From: Macrostomum lignano
Lineage: Eukaryota
Direction: 5' to 3'
NCBI GenBank assembly: GCA_002269645.1
Contig: NIVC01001979.1
Coordinates: 152,678 to 216,677, forward strand
Length of the DNA stretch: 64,000 nucleotides
Every line of letters begins with the position of its first letter. The stretch's first letter is position 1. A program made the translations under genes and the position numbers. Below, in pieces: positions 47,634 through 63,310 of the stretch. The notes beneath the pieces are model-generated. The model did not search any database and was not told where the DNA came from. It saw only the letters and a program-made list of their open reading frames with translations.

Positions 47634-50554
47634 TCAAGAGGAGACACGCGCAGCTCAGCAAAGCCTGTAGGGAGGCCGTTAATCGCCCAGGCTCATTTCC
47701 CAGGGATTTCAAATTAGTTCTCAGTCTCTCCCTCCGGCGTTCTCTCTCCCAGTCTCTAGATGGCGGATTTGTCGAGGATTTGTCGAGAGGGACTCGAAGG
47801 AGCCGCGGCTCGTGGGCCCTCGAACCCGGGGGATTCGGAGCTTTGGCCGGGAATCCGCATTCGCCGGGGCATAAACAGCACTCGGTTTCGATGACAAGCC
47901 GCCAGTCCCGCCCAGTCCCCCATCTGTCTCTCCGCTGTTGGGGAGCTCCTCTTGACTTCCCAATTCCCTCCGATTTCAGTGCCGAAGCAGGGGGGTGCAT
48001 TGTGACTGCTGGTAAACTCGGACGGTCAGTTCCCCCGCCGCAGTTGTTCCTGCTGCTGCTGCTGCTGCTGCTGTTAGTGTTGCTAAAAGTTTTGAATTCC
48101 AAGGCAGGCAGCAAGCAAGCAAAAGGCCGTGCAAACAGCAGTTGCCGTCCGCAGCCCTAGCTGTTTGCCGTCCTTTTTATTCCATCCAACAAAAATAGAC
48201 GCAACAAAAAAATTTGCGACGGTCTTCTTCTATGGCTGTGCGGCACTCGCACTGGGCTGGATCCTTCCAAAACTCAACACCAGAGGAAGCTATTGAAAGA
48301 ATACTGTTTTAGCCGAAAAGTGGCTATTTGTTTTAAAGCGATACATCTAAACAGATTTTTCCTTGTCTGAAGATTTTCATGAAGTGTTTGAAATTTTAAC
48401 ACCTTGATACCAAGCCCTTCACGACTTCAGCAAGTCAGTTGGCCAAAGAATTTCGCTATCGATCGAGAGCTTCCTCATATGAACGGTGGCTGCAGTGGTG
48501 AAGTCAGACTCAATCCAGTTAGCTTGAGTGTGAGTTGTGTGTATTTAGCCAGTTCAATAATAGCATCACAATCGATGCGCAGCTTAAGTACGCGGCTTAT
48601 GTAGCAAAACTGTATTTTGTGTTTTTTTGTTTCAGAAATCGCGCCAAGTGTTAAAAAGAGGAAATGAAAACAAAAATTCCAACAAACAGCAGAGCAGTGA
48701 AGCTGGCGGGTTGGGGGTCGAGCAGTTGATGATGATGATGGCCAGTTTTGTTAAGCTCAGATTGGACCGTGTCGCAGGGTCGAGCCGCATTCAAGCCCGA
48801 GTTGTGTAAATAAATATTCGCAACGAACCGTGTAAAACAAAACAGAAGAGCATCAGCAAAATTTAGAGGCAAAATCAAATTTGCAGTTCGCAAAAACAGA
48901 CAATGGGTAAGAGAGAGAGAGGGAAGCTTGCGCTAGGGGTGGGCAGACAGGTTCATGATTCTGAAGTTTTTGAGCAGATTCGCTTTGCCTTATGTTTAGT
49001 AATTGTTCAACATTCTGACAAGGTGCGATAGAGACCATTGCTTGAGGTCCAATAATAACATAAATAGGTATTTTAATCATAATTAGCATAATTAGTTAAA
49101 CGAAAGCGACTGTGCTGCAGCCAGTGCAATAAAAATGCAGAGTACATAATCTGGTAATTAATAAAACAAATTCTGCAAACAAGAAGTGCTTAGGAAGATA
49201 ATTTTCATTAGAATATGTTTGCTGCACAGATATTGCTTGAAAAAAAACTCAAAAATGAGGATGGAGGGATGGAGAAGCTCGGGGAAGGCTTACTGTGTAG
49301 CAATGAGTCACTGATCTGTGTGGCTTGAGCTGCTTGATGGTTGATACGCGAGTAGCTGCTCGCTCTGCAAACCCTACAGTTTTGTCAGTAGCCCTGTAAT
49401 CAGTGCTGCAGGTACAGCTGCTGCTACCGAAGCCTTGCTCATGAGCCAGTGTAGCCACTGTTTCAAGAATTGAGCACAGTGCTTGGGTTTCAGAGAGATG
49501 AAGGTTGGGGGGGGGGGTGAGTCGGGTGGCCGGCAGATCAGGGATTAGTCCTTGATCTTCCCCAGACTAGTCGCCACCCGCCCCAGGCCAGAGAAAGCAG
49601 GACGCTTCTGCATATGGCGCTTGAGGCTTAGGGATCACGCAACAGCGAGCAAATCTTTTTTTGAGCACACTTGAGCTGGGGGCAGTGCGCGTGAGAATCC
49701 GCCGGTTTAAGGATAGGAGAGACAGAAGACAGCAAAGTTCGGGGGAACAGCTGCAGAAACGGGGGGGGGGGGTTCAAACGCGGCTAGAGCTGTGGGCGAG
49801 TTCGCTTTCTGTGTAATCAAAACTGCAAGTGTCTCACGATTATTGATGCCTAGCGTGCTCAGCGTGCTCAATGAAAAATTAGCACAGATATAAAGACACA
49901 GAAATGATTAGTAAACAGTAATAATATTAATAATAATCGAATAGCAGTAATCATTAGAACGGAACACTGACAAACATCACGCGTATTAATAGAAATTTCG
50001 ATGCAAAACACTCGATAGCATGAGCAAAATATCAGGTGCAAAGCCTGGGGCACTGTTTAACACACAAAAGCCTTCGGTATTGGGGCAAAGCGCGGTAGGA
50101 GAGTCAGTAGGATTATCAATTTGAAAATAGGGAGATAATCGCATAAAAATAGTGGCTTGAAGTGCGGGGGCGGGACAAAGGGGAAGGGAAATAAAAGGTT
50201 GAATGGCGCGTATGTACAGGCGACGACGTCACACGCTGTGGAACAAGCACTAACACGCGGGCACACTGGCGCGCCGAAACTCCGCGGTCAAATAAAACTT
50301 TTATAATAAAATTTAACGTAGACATTATGATTATATATAATATAAAAGTAAAGTTTTTTTAATAACTCAGAAATTGCAACTTTCCAGGCTTTCTCTGAAT
50401 TTGTTTTGTAATTTTTTATCTTCCGAGTGGTTGAACTGGGCCGCCCGGCCTGTTACAGTCTGCGGATTTCAATGCAAAGGGGAATCAGTTCACTGCGCTC
50501 AAGTTCGCCCTTCTCCGCATCGAATGTCTGACGCGTCATGTCTCGTCACTCTTT

Positions 50555-51975
50555 CCAGACAGCCACCTCACTCCTCCAGACAGCCACCTCACTCCTTCTC
50601 CAGACAGCCACCTCACTCCTTCTCCAGACAGCCACCTCCCTCCTTCTCCAGACAGCCACCTCACTCCTTCTCCAGACAGCCACCTCACTCCTTCTCCAGA
50701 CAGCCACCTCCCTCCTTCTCCAGACAGCCACCTCACTTCGTCTCCAGACAGCCACCTCACTTCGTCTCCAGACAGCCACCTCACTCCTTCTCCAGACAGC
50801 CACCTCCCTCCTTCTCCAGACAGCCACCTCCCTCCTTCTCCAGACAGCCACCTCACTCCTTCTCCAGACAGCCACCTCACTCCTTCTCCAGACAGCCACC
50901 TCCCTCCTTCTCCAGACAGCCACCTCCCTCCTTCTCCAGACAGCCACCTCACTCCTTCTCCAGACAGCCACCTCACTCCTTCTCCAGACAGCCACCTCCC
51001 TCCTTCTCCAGACAGCCACCTCACTTCGTCTCCAGACAGCCACCTCACTTCGTCTCCAGACAGCCACCTCACTCCTTCTCCAGACAGCCACCTCCCTCCT
51101 TCTCCAGACAGCCACCTCCCTCCTTCTCCAGACAGCCACCTCACTCCTTCTCCAGACAGCCACCTCACTCCTTCTCCAGACAGCCACCTCCCTCCTTCTC
51201 CAGACAGCCACCTCCCTCCTTCTCCAGACAGCCACCTCACTCCTTCTCCAGACAGCCACCTCACTCCTTCTCCAGACAGCCACCTCCCTCCTTCTCCAGA
51301 CAGCCACCTCACTTCGTCTCCAGACAGCCACCTCACTTCGTCTCCAGACAGCCACCTCACTCCTTCTCCAGACAGCCACCTCCCTCCTTCTCCAGACAGC
51401 CACCTCCCTCCTTCTCCAGACAGCCACCTCACTCCTTCTCCAGACAGCCACCTCACTCCTTCTCCAGACAGCCACCTCACTTCGTCTCCAGACAGCCACC
51501 TCACTTCGTCTCCAGACAGCCACCTCACTCCTTCTCCAGACAGCCACCTCCCTCCTTCTCCAGACAGCCACCTCCCTCCTTCTCCAGACAGCCACCTCCC
51601 TCCTTCTCCAGACAGCCACCTCACTTCGTCTCCAGACAGCCACCTCACTTCGTCTCCAGACAGCCACCTCACTCCTTCTCCAGACAGCCACCTCCCTCCT
51701 TCTCCAGACAGCCACCTCCCTCCTTCTCCAGACAGCCACCTCACTCCTTCTCCAGACAGCCACCTCACTCCTTCTCCAGACAGCCACCTCACTTCGTCTC
51801 CAGACAGCCACCTCACTTCGTCTCCAGACAGCCACCTCACTCCTTCTCCAGACAGCCACCTCCCTCCTTCTCCAGACAGCCACCTCACTTCGTCTCCAGA
51901 CAGCCACCTCACTCCTTCTCCAGACAGCCACCTCACTCCTTCTCCAGACAGCCATCTCACTCCCTTTCCAGACAC
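50555..51975. repeat. 24-bp minisatellite (CTCCAGACAGCCACCTCACTCCTT) with higher-order structure
   Basis: About 59 units of three variants; explains four 480-550-aa repeat ORFs. Confidence 0.97.
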
Positions 51976-52166
51976 GCACCCCATGACCTAGCCCCTGTCT
52001 TTCTAGGCAATAGGCACTAGCAGGCAATTGACTTACCAAAAAGCTGTTAATCGCAGAAAATCGTCGGAACGACGCCAGGAAACTCGGGTTTCGCATGTCA
52101 GTGGAAGCCATTTTGGTAGTGCGGAATAAGTGTACCCTGGGAATGGGAACAAAATGAACAGTTTTA

Positions 52167-53028
<862 letters not shown>

Positions 53029-54065
53029 GTCTTCAGTACAGCCTATAATATCTTTAATGCAGCGCCATAAAATTGGGTGTCCGTTTTTTCTCGTTCAAAT
53101 ATTAATACGCACAGCACAAATTTGTTCACTAAGGTACAGATCGATTTTGCCGGACCCCACGACCTTCCAGCCAATTTCGATTGCCCTCGCAGGCAGTCTC
53201 TCACTCGCTGGTCCTTGTACCTCATTTGACATTCTATTTATTTTCGCTTCCCACTGAAAGACTCACTCTGGACAGACAGGAACCCCCCAGCTTAGCTTGC
53301 CAGGCCACGGGGCTGCAAGATAATCTTCAGCGATGCGTCCCTTGCTTCACTTACGCTTGGCTGGCCAAGCTAGATAAGATAGATACCAAGGCACCGAGGT
53401 TGCGGTGAGCGGGGCCTGTATAGTGCTGGCTGTTGCTAGGACTGAATGCGTATAGAGTTGCCAACTAGGTGAGAAAAATGCAGCAAGTCAGGGTGAAGTG
53501 AGAGAGAGAGAGAGAGAGAAGAGAAGTTGCAGGCTGCACGGGTTTTTCTTCCGGACGTCACACATCGGCGGGCGGGGAAGGGGGAAATGAGACGGAGGCT
53601 GGCCCGGCGCAAGAAGGCAAAGAAGAAGGCAGAAGACCAGCAGGGGTGCAGCAGGCCGGCAGGAAGGCTGAGTCTCTGCCATCAGGTGTAGCTATGCAGG
53701 TGCGCAGGAAGGCATTTTTTTGCTTGGCCAGCGAGAGAAAGGCTTGGCAAAGGATCTGCGGCTTTGCGGCTGACCCGCGGCTGTTCCGCACGTGCGCTTC
53801 GGGGTGCCTCATCGGTGTGGGATTTTCACGGCCGCCCAGCCTCCCCCCCCAACTAGCTCCTCCATCACCTCGGGCTGGCCTGACTGACGGGCCTGATTGA
53901 AGGCAGGGAGTTTTTGCGAGCGCGTGTTTCATTAGGAGATTGGCCAATGCCAAAGTGACTGGGAATCCGGCTGCTGGCTTCATCCCAATCAGATTATCCT
54001 AACCCGGGCTTAGATCCCACTCCTAGTTCAGATCACAGTATCAACCCGAAATCCGAGTCCCAATC

Positions 54066-55220
<1,155 letters not shown>

Positions 55221-55225
55221 CTTAC

Positions 55226-55445
55226 TCAGAGGTCTGAGCAGCGCTCCGCCGCGGCCCTTGATGCTTGTATAGGGCATCATGACCTCCTTCGGCAGTGCCT
55301 TCTTGCACTCAACCATTTTGCTGTTGAGCTCGTGGAAATGAATTTCGCACACTTTATCGGCCGATTCCTCCATCTCGAATGTCACGAAGCCGAATCCCCT
55401 GTGCCGATTGGTCGTCTTGTCCATCATCAGCTCGCAGCTCTCGAT
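55226..55445 (-). CDS. MSI: Musashi-family gene, RRM2 second half
   Basis: CGCTTCAG|[56 protein letters not shown]...|GTAAGC; near-identical to MSI RRM2 ([15 protein letters not shown]...[22 protein letters not shown]). Confidence 0.97.
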
Positions 55446-55554
55446 CTGAAGCGTTTGGTTGCAGAAATACTTTGGCTTGAACTGTGACAGTCCGTTGGTC
55501 ATTCGCTCAAACTCTAGAGTTCAACCAGAAAATCTGCTTTCAACTCAATAATTT

Positions 55555-56520
55555 AATCACTCGTGAACTCACTCACAAACTCACTCATGAACTCACTTAC
55601 AAACTCACTCATGAACTCACTCACAAACTCACTCGTGAAATCACTCACAAACTCACTCATGAACTCACTCACAAACTCACTCATGAACTCACTTACAAAC
55701 TCACTCATGAACTCACTCACAAACTCACTCATGAACTCACTCATGAACTCACTCACAAACTCACTCATGAACTCACTCATGAACTCACTCACAAACTCAC
55801 TCATGAACTCACTCACAAACTCACTCATGAACTCACTCACAAACTCACTCATGAACTCACTCACAAACTCACTCACAAACTCACTCATAAACTCACTCAC
55901 AGACTCACTCATGAACTCACTCACAAACTCACTCACAAACTCACTCATAAACTCACTCACAGACTCACTCATGAACTCACTCACAAACTCACTCATGAAC
56001 TCACTCATGAACTCACTCATTAAAATCATTTATAAACTCACTCATGAACTCACTCATAAACTCACTCATAACCTCATTCATAAACTCACTCATAAACTTA
56101 CTCATAAACTCACTCATGAACTCACTCACAAACTCACTCATAAACTCACTCATAACCTCATTCATAAACTCACTCATAAACTCACTCATAAACTCACTCA
56201 TAAACTCACTCATGAACTCACTCATAACCTCATTCATAAACTCACTCATAAACTTACTCATAAACTCACTCATGAACTCACTCATAAACTCACTCATAAA
56301 CTCACTCATAACCTCATTCATAAACTCACTCATGAACTCACTCATAAACTCACTCATAACCTCATTCATAAACTCACTCATAAACTCACTCATAAACTCA
56401 CTCATGAACTCACTCACAAACTCACTCATAAACTCACTCATAACCTCATTCATAAACTCACTCATAACCTCATTCATAAACTCACTCATGAACTCATGAA
56501 TCCAGTCACGAACTCATTCT
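55555..56520. repeat. 12-bp minisatellite (AACTCACTCAYR)
   Basis: About 80 units; reads GTGAGTGAGTT / ATGAGTGAGTT on the Musashi sense strand. Confidence 0.97.
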
Positions 56521-57449
56521 ACAACTCATTATAAGGCCTAGTAACAGCGCCATCTTTCGCCATTTCCAGTCTTTAGTCACTCCCGCCGCGGGCGGAGCAG
56601 CGGGGAACAAAGCTAATCAGTATGAAGCCGGAATATGGGAAGTGAAAATCCAATTATCCCCAAGTTGGACAGCACATTTAGGCGCAAGACAAGTTCAGGG
56701 GCGACTTGGAGGCAAGAGGTGCCGAGGCTCGGGGGGAGGGACACAAATTTGCATAACTGCCCTCACTGAAAGACCGCTGCTTCAAACTAGATTTGCAAAG
56801 CATTCTGCTTTTAACCATCCGCCCCAGCTGCCTCAACTAAGATATTTTCTGGCTGGCCCCCCTTACCCCAAGCATCCCCAGTGTGTACCTGAGGTAGTTT
56901 CGCGTTTCTCGGACCTCCAATTTCTCTACGGAGTTGCTGAGGGGATCGAAGGCCAGCCACCCCAATCCTGCCTCACCCTTTTAGTAAAACTAGCGAAGCT
57001 GTTTCCCCAATCAGCCCTCCTTGCTAGAGCGCTCGGGAAAAGCTTTTCCCTAACACCCGGGAGGTTCCACTCTAGTATACACATCGCCTTCCGCTAAGCC
57101 TACACAGCCTTGGCAGCTAGCCTACAGTTTTACTCATTTTTTGGCGTAAGGCGTCAGTGAATCAAGAATGAATAATACGAGCGTATGAATGAAGTCAAGG
57201 AAGAGATACACTCAGCATTATAGTAAACTTATCAAGGTTTGCGACGGCTGATGCCGTTTGCAGAGTTCTGTCTGGCCGGAGACTGAGGGGCATATCGGCG
57301 ATATCGTCCGACAACTAGCGCTGATTCCTGAGCACATGCAAGTGCTCCAATACTGTACGCAGGCACAGGCTCACACAGGGTGCACAGCGGCCCTGACTTT
57401 CTAATCGTCAGGCATGTACACTCTGTGTGTCTTGGGGGTTGGCCCTCAG

Positions 57450-57960
57450 GGGTGTGAATCCTCATGTGTGTGAATCCTCATGGATGTGAATCCTCATGGG
57501 TGTGAATGCTCGTGTGTGTGAATCCTCATGGATGTGAATCCTCATGGGTGTGAATGCTCGTGTGTGAATCCTCATGGATGTGAATCCTCATGGGTGTGAA
57601 TTCTCGTGCGTGTGAATCCTTGTGCGTGTGAATCCTCGTGCGTGTGAATCCTTGTGTGTGTGAATCCTCATGGGTGTGAATCCTCATGGGTGTGAATCCT
57701 CGTGGGTGTGAATCCTCATGGGTGTGAATCCTCGTGTGTGTGAATCCTCATGGATGTGAATCCTCATGGGTGTGAATTCTCGTGGGTGTGAATCCTTGTG
57801 CGTGTGAATCCTCATGGGTGTGAATCCTCATGGGTGTGAGTCGTCAAGGGTGTGAGTCCTCAAGGGTGTGAGTCCTCAAGGGTGTGAGTCCTCAAGGGTG
57901 TGAGTCCTCAAGGGTGTGAGTCCTCAAGGGTGTGAATCCTCATGGGTGTGAATCCTCGTG
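57450..57960. repeat. 16-bp minisatellite (GTGTGAATCCTCATGG)
   Basis: About 31 units. Confidence 0.93.
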
Positions 57961-59039
57961 GCAAAGGAGACTGAGAGAGACTTAGAGATCTCATAGCCAG
58001 AGAAGATGAACCGCTTTGCAGAAGTTTCCCGGACTGACATATGAAGATTGCTTCTAGGAGAGGGGAGATTATAGAAATGCTGGCTCTGTGGGGGGTCGCA
58101 ACTCCCACCCCTGTTATTTCTACCGCAGCTCGAAGCCGCTATCCCAACACAGCAGTGTGAGCTTATTGGAGATGCATACTAACCGCTACCAAGTCTGCTT
58201 AACTTTAGACTTTTCTACCGGATCGCATAACTGCCAATGAGAATGACAGGCCAAACTCATGACTAAGAGAGTTTGAGATAGAACTTGAACAAGCGGGCTT
58301 TAAACTGCATGGAGCAAATTATAGTAAATTCTGAGAAATCTACTGACTGAGTAGAGAGAGGAGGGGAGGAGAGCTGCCAATTTCACATCAGACCGGCCAC
58401 TTCACGGCTTCAATTCAATTAGCCATGCGGTTCTATAGGGACAGACAGACGGACAGGCAAAAAAGAAAGATAGACAGGAGGAGGGCATCAGACTGACAGT
58501 GGGTGAGCTGGATGGAGAGAAGCAGCAAAAGAAGCTGCAGCAGCAATCATTGTTCACTCTTGAATAGAGAGGCACCTTGGCCTCTCAGCCAGCCAGCCAG
58601 GCCAAGTGGCAGGGAAAGGTCGGGGCAAACACGCGCGCTCGCCAGGGGAGGTGGGAGAGCTTTCATCTGGGCCCGGTAGGCAAGCGGTGGCTATTCGGAT
58701 TCATCACATCTCTAACCACAGGTGGTCTGCTGGAGTTCTGCAGTTTTCGAGGCGCGCCTGGCATGGCTGCTGTCTGTCTGCCAGCCCCTCCCTCCCCGCA
58801 CCGCTTTCCAGCCTCTTTTTCTCTGCGTGTGTGAAGAGCAAATGACGCATTTTATTTGAATAGAGGCGAGGGAGGCTGGACGCGAGATGATGAAGGGCCG
58901 ATTAATGAAGGCTCAGAGACGGACAGGTGCGATGGGCTTGACTGACAATTTTTTGGGGCTTAAGAGATGGAGGTCAGTCTCATACTCGTATAACTTTCAG
59001 TGAATAATTCTCAACTGATATTTATTGCATCGAGCTAAT

Positions 59040-59109
59040 CTGTCTATAGATAGATCGATAAATAGATAGATAGATCGATAGATAGATAGATAGATAGATC
59101 GATAAATAC

Positions 59110-59147
<38 letters not shown>

Positions 59148-59157
59148 CGATAAATAC

Positions 59158-59223
<66 letters not shown>

Positions 59224-59263
59224 CGATAAATACATAGATAGATAGATAGATAGATAGATAGAT
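59040..59263. repeat. (GATA)n microsatellite, resuming at 59974-60022
   Basis: GATA run with recurring GATCGATAAATACATA interruptions, split by a MITE. Confidence 0.95.
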
Positions 59264-59973
59264 GGGTCCATGAGAATTGCCCGCAGACGAATTGCCCGCC
59301 GAGATTTGCCCGCAGGAGATTTGCCCGTGGAGATTTGCCCGCCGAGCTTTTCCCGCGGAGATTTGCCCGCAGTGCATTTTGCCCGCAGGAGATTTGCCCG
59401 TGGAGATTTGCCCGCCGAGCTTTTCCCGCGGAGATTTGCCCGCAGTGCAATTTTCCCGCGAGTGAATTGCCCGCGAGCGAATTGCCCGCCGAGTTTTTTC
59501 CCGCCGAGATTTTCCCGCAATCCTTTTTCCTGCAGCGCATTTAGCGACGCGGCAGATTTTGTCTGCATTGCCTTCCCAATGCTTAGTACGTGTTAATCTT
59601 AATAAAGAGATTTACACGATCAAAACGTTTTGATAGTAACTGCATATCAAATGCATATTTTGGGGGGAGCAATGTATGGACAGAATCTAGCTGCCAAATG
59701 CGCTGCAAAAAAAGGATTGCGGGCAAACCTCGGCGGGAAAAAACTCGGCGGGCAATTCGCTCGCGGGCAATTCACTCGCGGGAAAATTGCACTGCGGGCA
59801 AATCTCGGCGGGCAATTCTCGGCGGGCAAATCTCCACGGGCAATTCGCTCACGGGCAAAATGCACTGCGGGCAAATCTCCGCGGGAAAAGCTCGGCGGGC
59901 AAATCTCCACGGGCAAATCTCCTGCGGGCAAATCTCGGCGGGCAATTCGTCTGCGGGCATTTCTCGTGCTCCC
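59264..59973. mobile_element. 710-bp non-autonomous TIR element with about 250-bp internally repetitive TIRs, inserted in (GATA)n
   Basis: Ends GGGTCCATGAGAATTGCCCGCAGACGAATTGCCCG... / ...CGGGCAATTCGTCTGCGGGCATTTCTCGTGCTCCC; many ATTTGCCCG units inverted between the halves; TSD ambiguous because of the microsatellite. Confidence 0.88.
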
Positions 59974-60012
<39 letters not shown>

Positions 60013-60055
60013 CAGATAGATAGCAACAGAGCTGTACAAGGAATTGTGCGCTCAC

Positions 60056-60238
60056 CTTGCCGTACTTGCAGAAGTACTCCTTGAGCTCCTCAGCTGTGGT
60101 GTTGTTGCTGATGCCACCAACGAACACCTTCTTGGTCTTCTGCAGCTGCTGCTGTTGAGACGGAGAGAGCGAATTGGTGATGAGGGAGGCTGAGCTAGTC
60201 ATGCTGGGTGCTACTGTGGTGTACATTTGTGCCGCGGT
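60056..60238 (-). CDS. MSI: Musashi-family gene, linker and RRM2 first half
   Basis: [61 protein letters not shown]|GTGAGC; RNP2 (VFVGGI); phase 0 joins 55445. The acceptor (GCTGACAG) is weak, so the 5' boundary is less certain. Confidence 0.9.
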
Positions 60239-62474
60239 CTGTCAGCTGCTCAACCAACTATTTATGCAGGCTAAATAAGCTACTTATATGATGCTTTAGC
60301 CAGCGCAGGAATTCCCTTGGCCTTGAGTTGAAACTAATCGAAATTCGGACTTGGCAATAAAAAGTCTCAGCGGTGACAATGCCAGGGCCGGGAGTGGCTA
60401 AAAATCTTCTTTCGAAGCAGCAGAGGCAATCGCTGGCGCTATGTATAGATGAGTCAACTGGTCTGGCGGGGGTTGAGGCGGCTGGCGGCTCTCTGGCTGC
60501 TCGGTGGAGTGTTCCGCTGCGATCTCGAATCTGCTACGGAGCTTGGGGCCCGCTTCTTTTCTGTCTTCTCTTTCTTATCTAATATTCTTAATTCTGTTCT
60601 CCTCTGCTTGCAGCGCGCCACTCAAAGCTGGGCCTCGGTGCGCGGGGTGAGAAGAGGCGAGTGGAGAGAACCGGGGCCGCTATTAGGAGGGGCTCTATAG
60701 TAGTAGTAGAGTTAAGGTGACTTGGTCCCTGCGGTGTTGTTGTGCTGGCTGACTGGCGGCCTGGGTGCCTGTTCGTGAGTTATTTGCCTAAAAGCAGAGC
60801 TGCTGTTGTAAGCCGTCGATATATAGATAAAAGCCTCTGTGTGCTTGAGCTGATAATTCTTGGCTCTGACTTTTGAATGCTCCCTCTTTTTAACTCTCGT
60901 GTTGGCTCCGGCGCAGGAAGGTGGCGCATGGAATGCACAGGGCAGGGCTGATTTCTATATAGAGAGACAGAAGAGGAGGAGAAGGAACTCAGGGCCTCAA
61001 GGGCGGGAGCACAGCGGGCCCGGGCTCCAATTGTTGTTGAGGCCGGGGCAAAGCCTTGAGCAGGGATCCGGAGACGGCTTTGGGAGAAAGAATGAGTAGG
61101 AGAAGAAGACTTGGGAGAGACGGACGGAAGGTGCTGAGAGGAGGAGGCCGTGAGCGGTTGGCTGGTTGGGGGTTTTGTTGGACTTGGAGACCCCGCTTGC
61201 TGTAGTTCTTCAACTTCTTCATTTTGAAGGCTAAAAAGAGGCAAGTTGGAGTTCCAGCAGACGATAGAAAAGCATCAATCAGGGACAAGCAGCAGCGGCC
61301 AGCTCAGGGCCTCCAGCGGCCGCGAAATACAATCACTTAGGTCAATAAGAAGGATGCTGATTGAATTATGGGGTGGCTGGGCGCAGTGCCATACAATCAT
61401 AGCGGAAGCCGGCCTCTGAACCAGGAGTTGAGCTCTCTTTTTTAAAGGGTAAGAAAGGCTCAGGGCTTGCAGATTCTCTGCCTCCGCGTAGGCAGGAAAT
61501 TCCTTTACAAACTCGCCTTTAGCTCACTGGCAGGGCAGCTCAACCAGGCCCGGGCAGTCTGCAGTCAGATCTGACAGAGCTTGGCACTACAGCTCCATTC
61601 AAGGGCTGAAACTGCTCGCAATTTCCTTTCCCAAAAAACTTTTCTACAGATCGAGAGAGACTTCAAAACTGAGCTGGTCCGGACTTATTTCCCAACGAAT
61701 TCAACTATATTTAGAGTGGCAAATTCAAACTGCTCTACTGCTAGTAAACAAATGAAAACATTTAACAGATAGTCACGCAGTCCAAAGTGGCCTATTGTGT
61801 GCTGAGTGTGCGTCTCTCTGTCCACTGGCAGCCTCGGACAGCTGGCCGCGGAGAGCAAAATGCAAATGGCATTAGTTGGCACTAAACATGAGAAGCAGGC
61901 AAAATAATACCCCACTGGCTACTGGGGGGGGGGCGGGGTCTGACCGCTTCTTGCCCCTGTCATACTGGCTGGCCTAATGTTGTTTGCTTGAAGAACTGTA
62001 GTCCTAGACAAGATAGACAGGGCTGAGCCGGTCTTTGCAGTAGGACAGGAAAAAATATTAACGGGCTGTAGACAGCAGGGCATTCTAGGCTTGCCAGGGG
62101 GGCTCAGTGACGTCAACTGCCACCTGCGAAAGTTGAGCCCAGTTTTTCTTGTCAAGAAATTTAGCAACAGAAAGTCGGAAGTCCGCTCTGCTGGCGAAAT
62201 TAAACCGAAATCGAATGAAGGGGGGCACAGGACAGCAGGTCCTTGTCGCCATGGTGACAGTGTCTGGATTGTGTCTTATTTATTATGTGCAAGTTTCTAC
62301 AGGCAGAGCAGAGTGAACTGTTTGAACTAGGCGAACCACCTGTACTATTCTGCGAGGCAGATAAGGACGTGCTGGTCTTCCCACAACAATTTAACAATAT
62401 CTGAACTAAACTATAATCTAATATCATTAAGTCTAAACTTCTCAAAACCTTAAAAGAGCCAACAAAATCACAAA

Positions 62475-63310
62475 TCTACAAGCACATCACAAACTTACTA
62501 GCACATCACAAACCTACAAGCACATCACAAACCTACAAGCATATCACAAACCTACAAGCATATCACAAACCTACAAGCATATCACAAACCTACAAGCATA
62601 TCACAAACCTACAAGCATATCACAAACCTACAAGCACATCACAAACCTACAAGCATATCACAAACCTACAAGCATATCACAAACCTACAAGCATATCACA
62701 AACCTACAAGCACATCACAAACCTACAAGCACATCACAAACTTACAAGTGCATCACAAACCTACAAGCATATCACAAACCTACAAGCATATCACAAACCT
62801 ACAAGCACATCACAAACCTACAAGCATATCACAAACCTACAAGCATATCACAAACCTACAAGCACATCACAAACCTACAAGCATATCACAAACCTACAAG
62901 CATATCACAAACCTACAAGCATATCACAAACCTACAAGCACATCACAAACCTACAAGCACATCACAAACTTACAAGTGCATCACAAACCTACAAGCAATA
63001 TCACAAACCTACAAGCATATCACAAACCTACAAGCACATCACGAACTTACTAGCACATCACAAACCTACAAGCACATCACAAACCTACAAGCACATCACA
63101 AACCTACAAGCAATCACGAACCTACAAGCACATCACAAAACCTACAAGCACATCACAAACCTACAAGCACATCACGAACCTACAGCATATCACAAACCTA
63201 CAAGCATATCACAAACCTACAAGCACATCACGAACCTACAAGCACATCACAAACCTACAAGCACATCACAAACCTACAAGCACATCACGAACCTACAAGC
63301 ATATCACAAA
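62475..63310. repeat. 19-bp minisatellite (AAACCTACAAGCAYATCAC)
   Basis: About 44 units. Confidence 0.96.

Noticed and set aside
49370-49457. Candidate final Musashi exon (WLHWLMSK...TKL*)
   Set aside because: The acceptor and phase are possible, but there is no similarity to the Musashi C-terminus; cannot support.
50374-52111. 480-550-aa ORFs (SRQPPHSF, LQTATSLL, etc.)
   Set aside because: Products of a stop-free 24-bp tandem unit open in four frames; no evidence of coding.
60780-61244. 154-aa Ser/Pro-rich minus-strand ORF as a Musashi exon
   Set aside because: No RRM features and no clear donor; could be UTR or intron.
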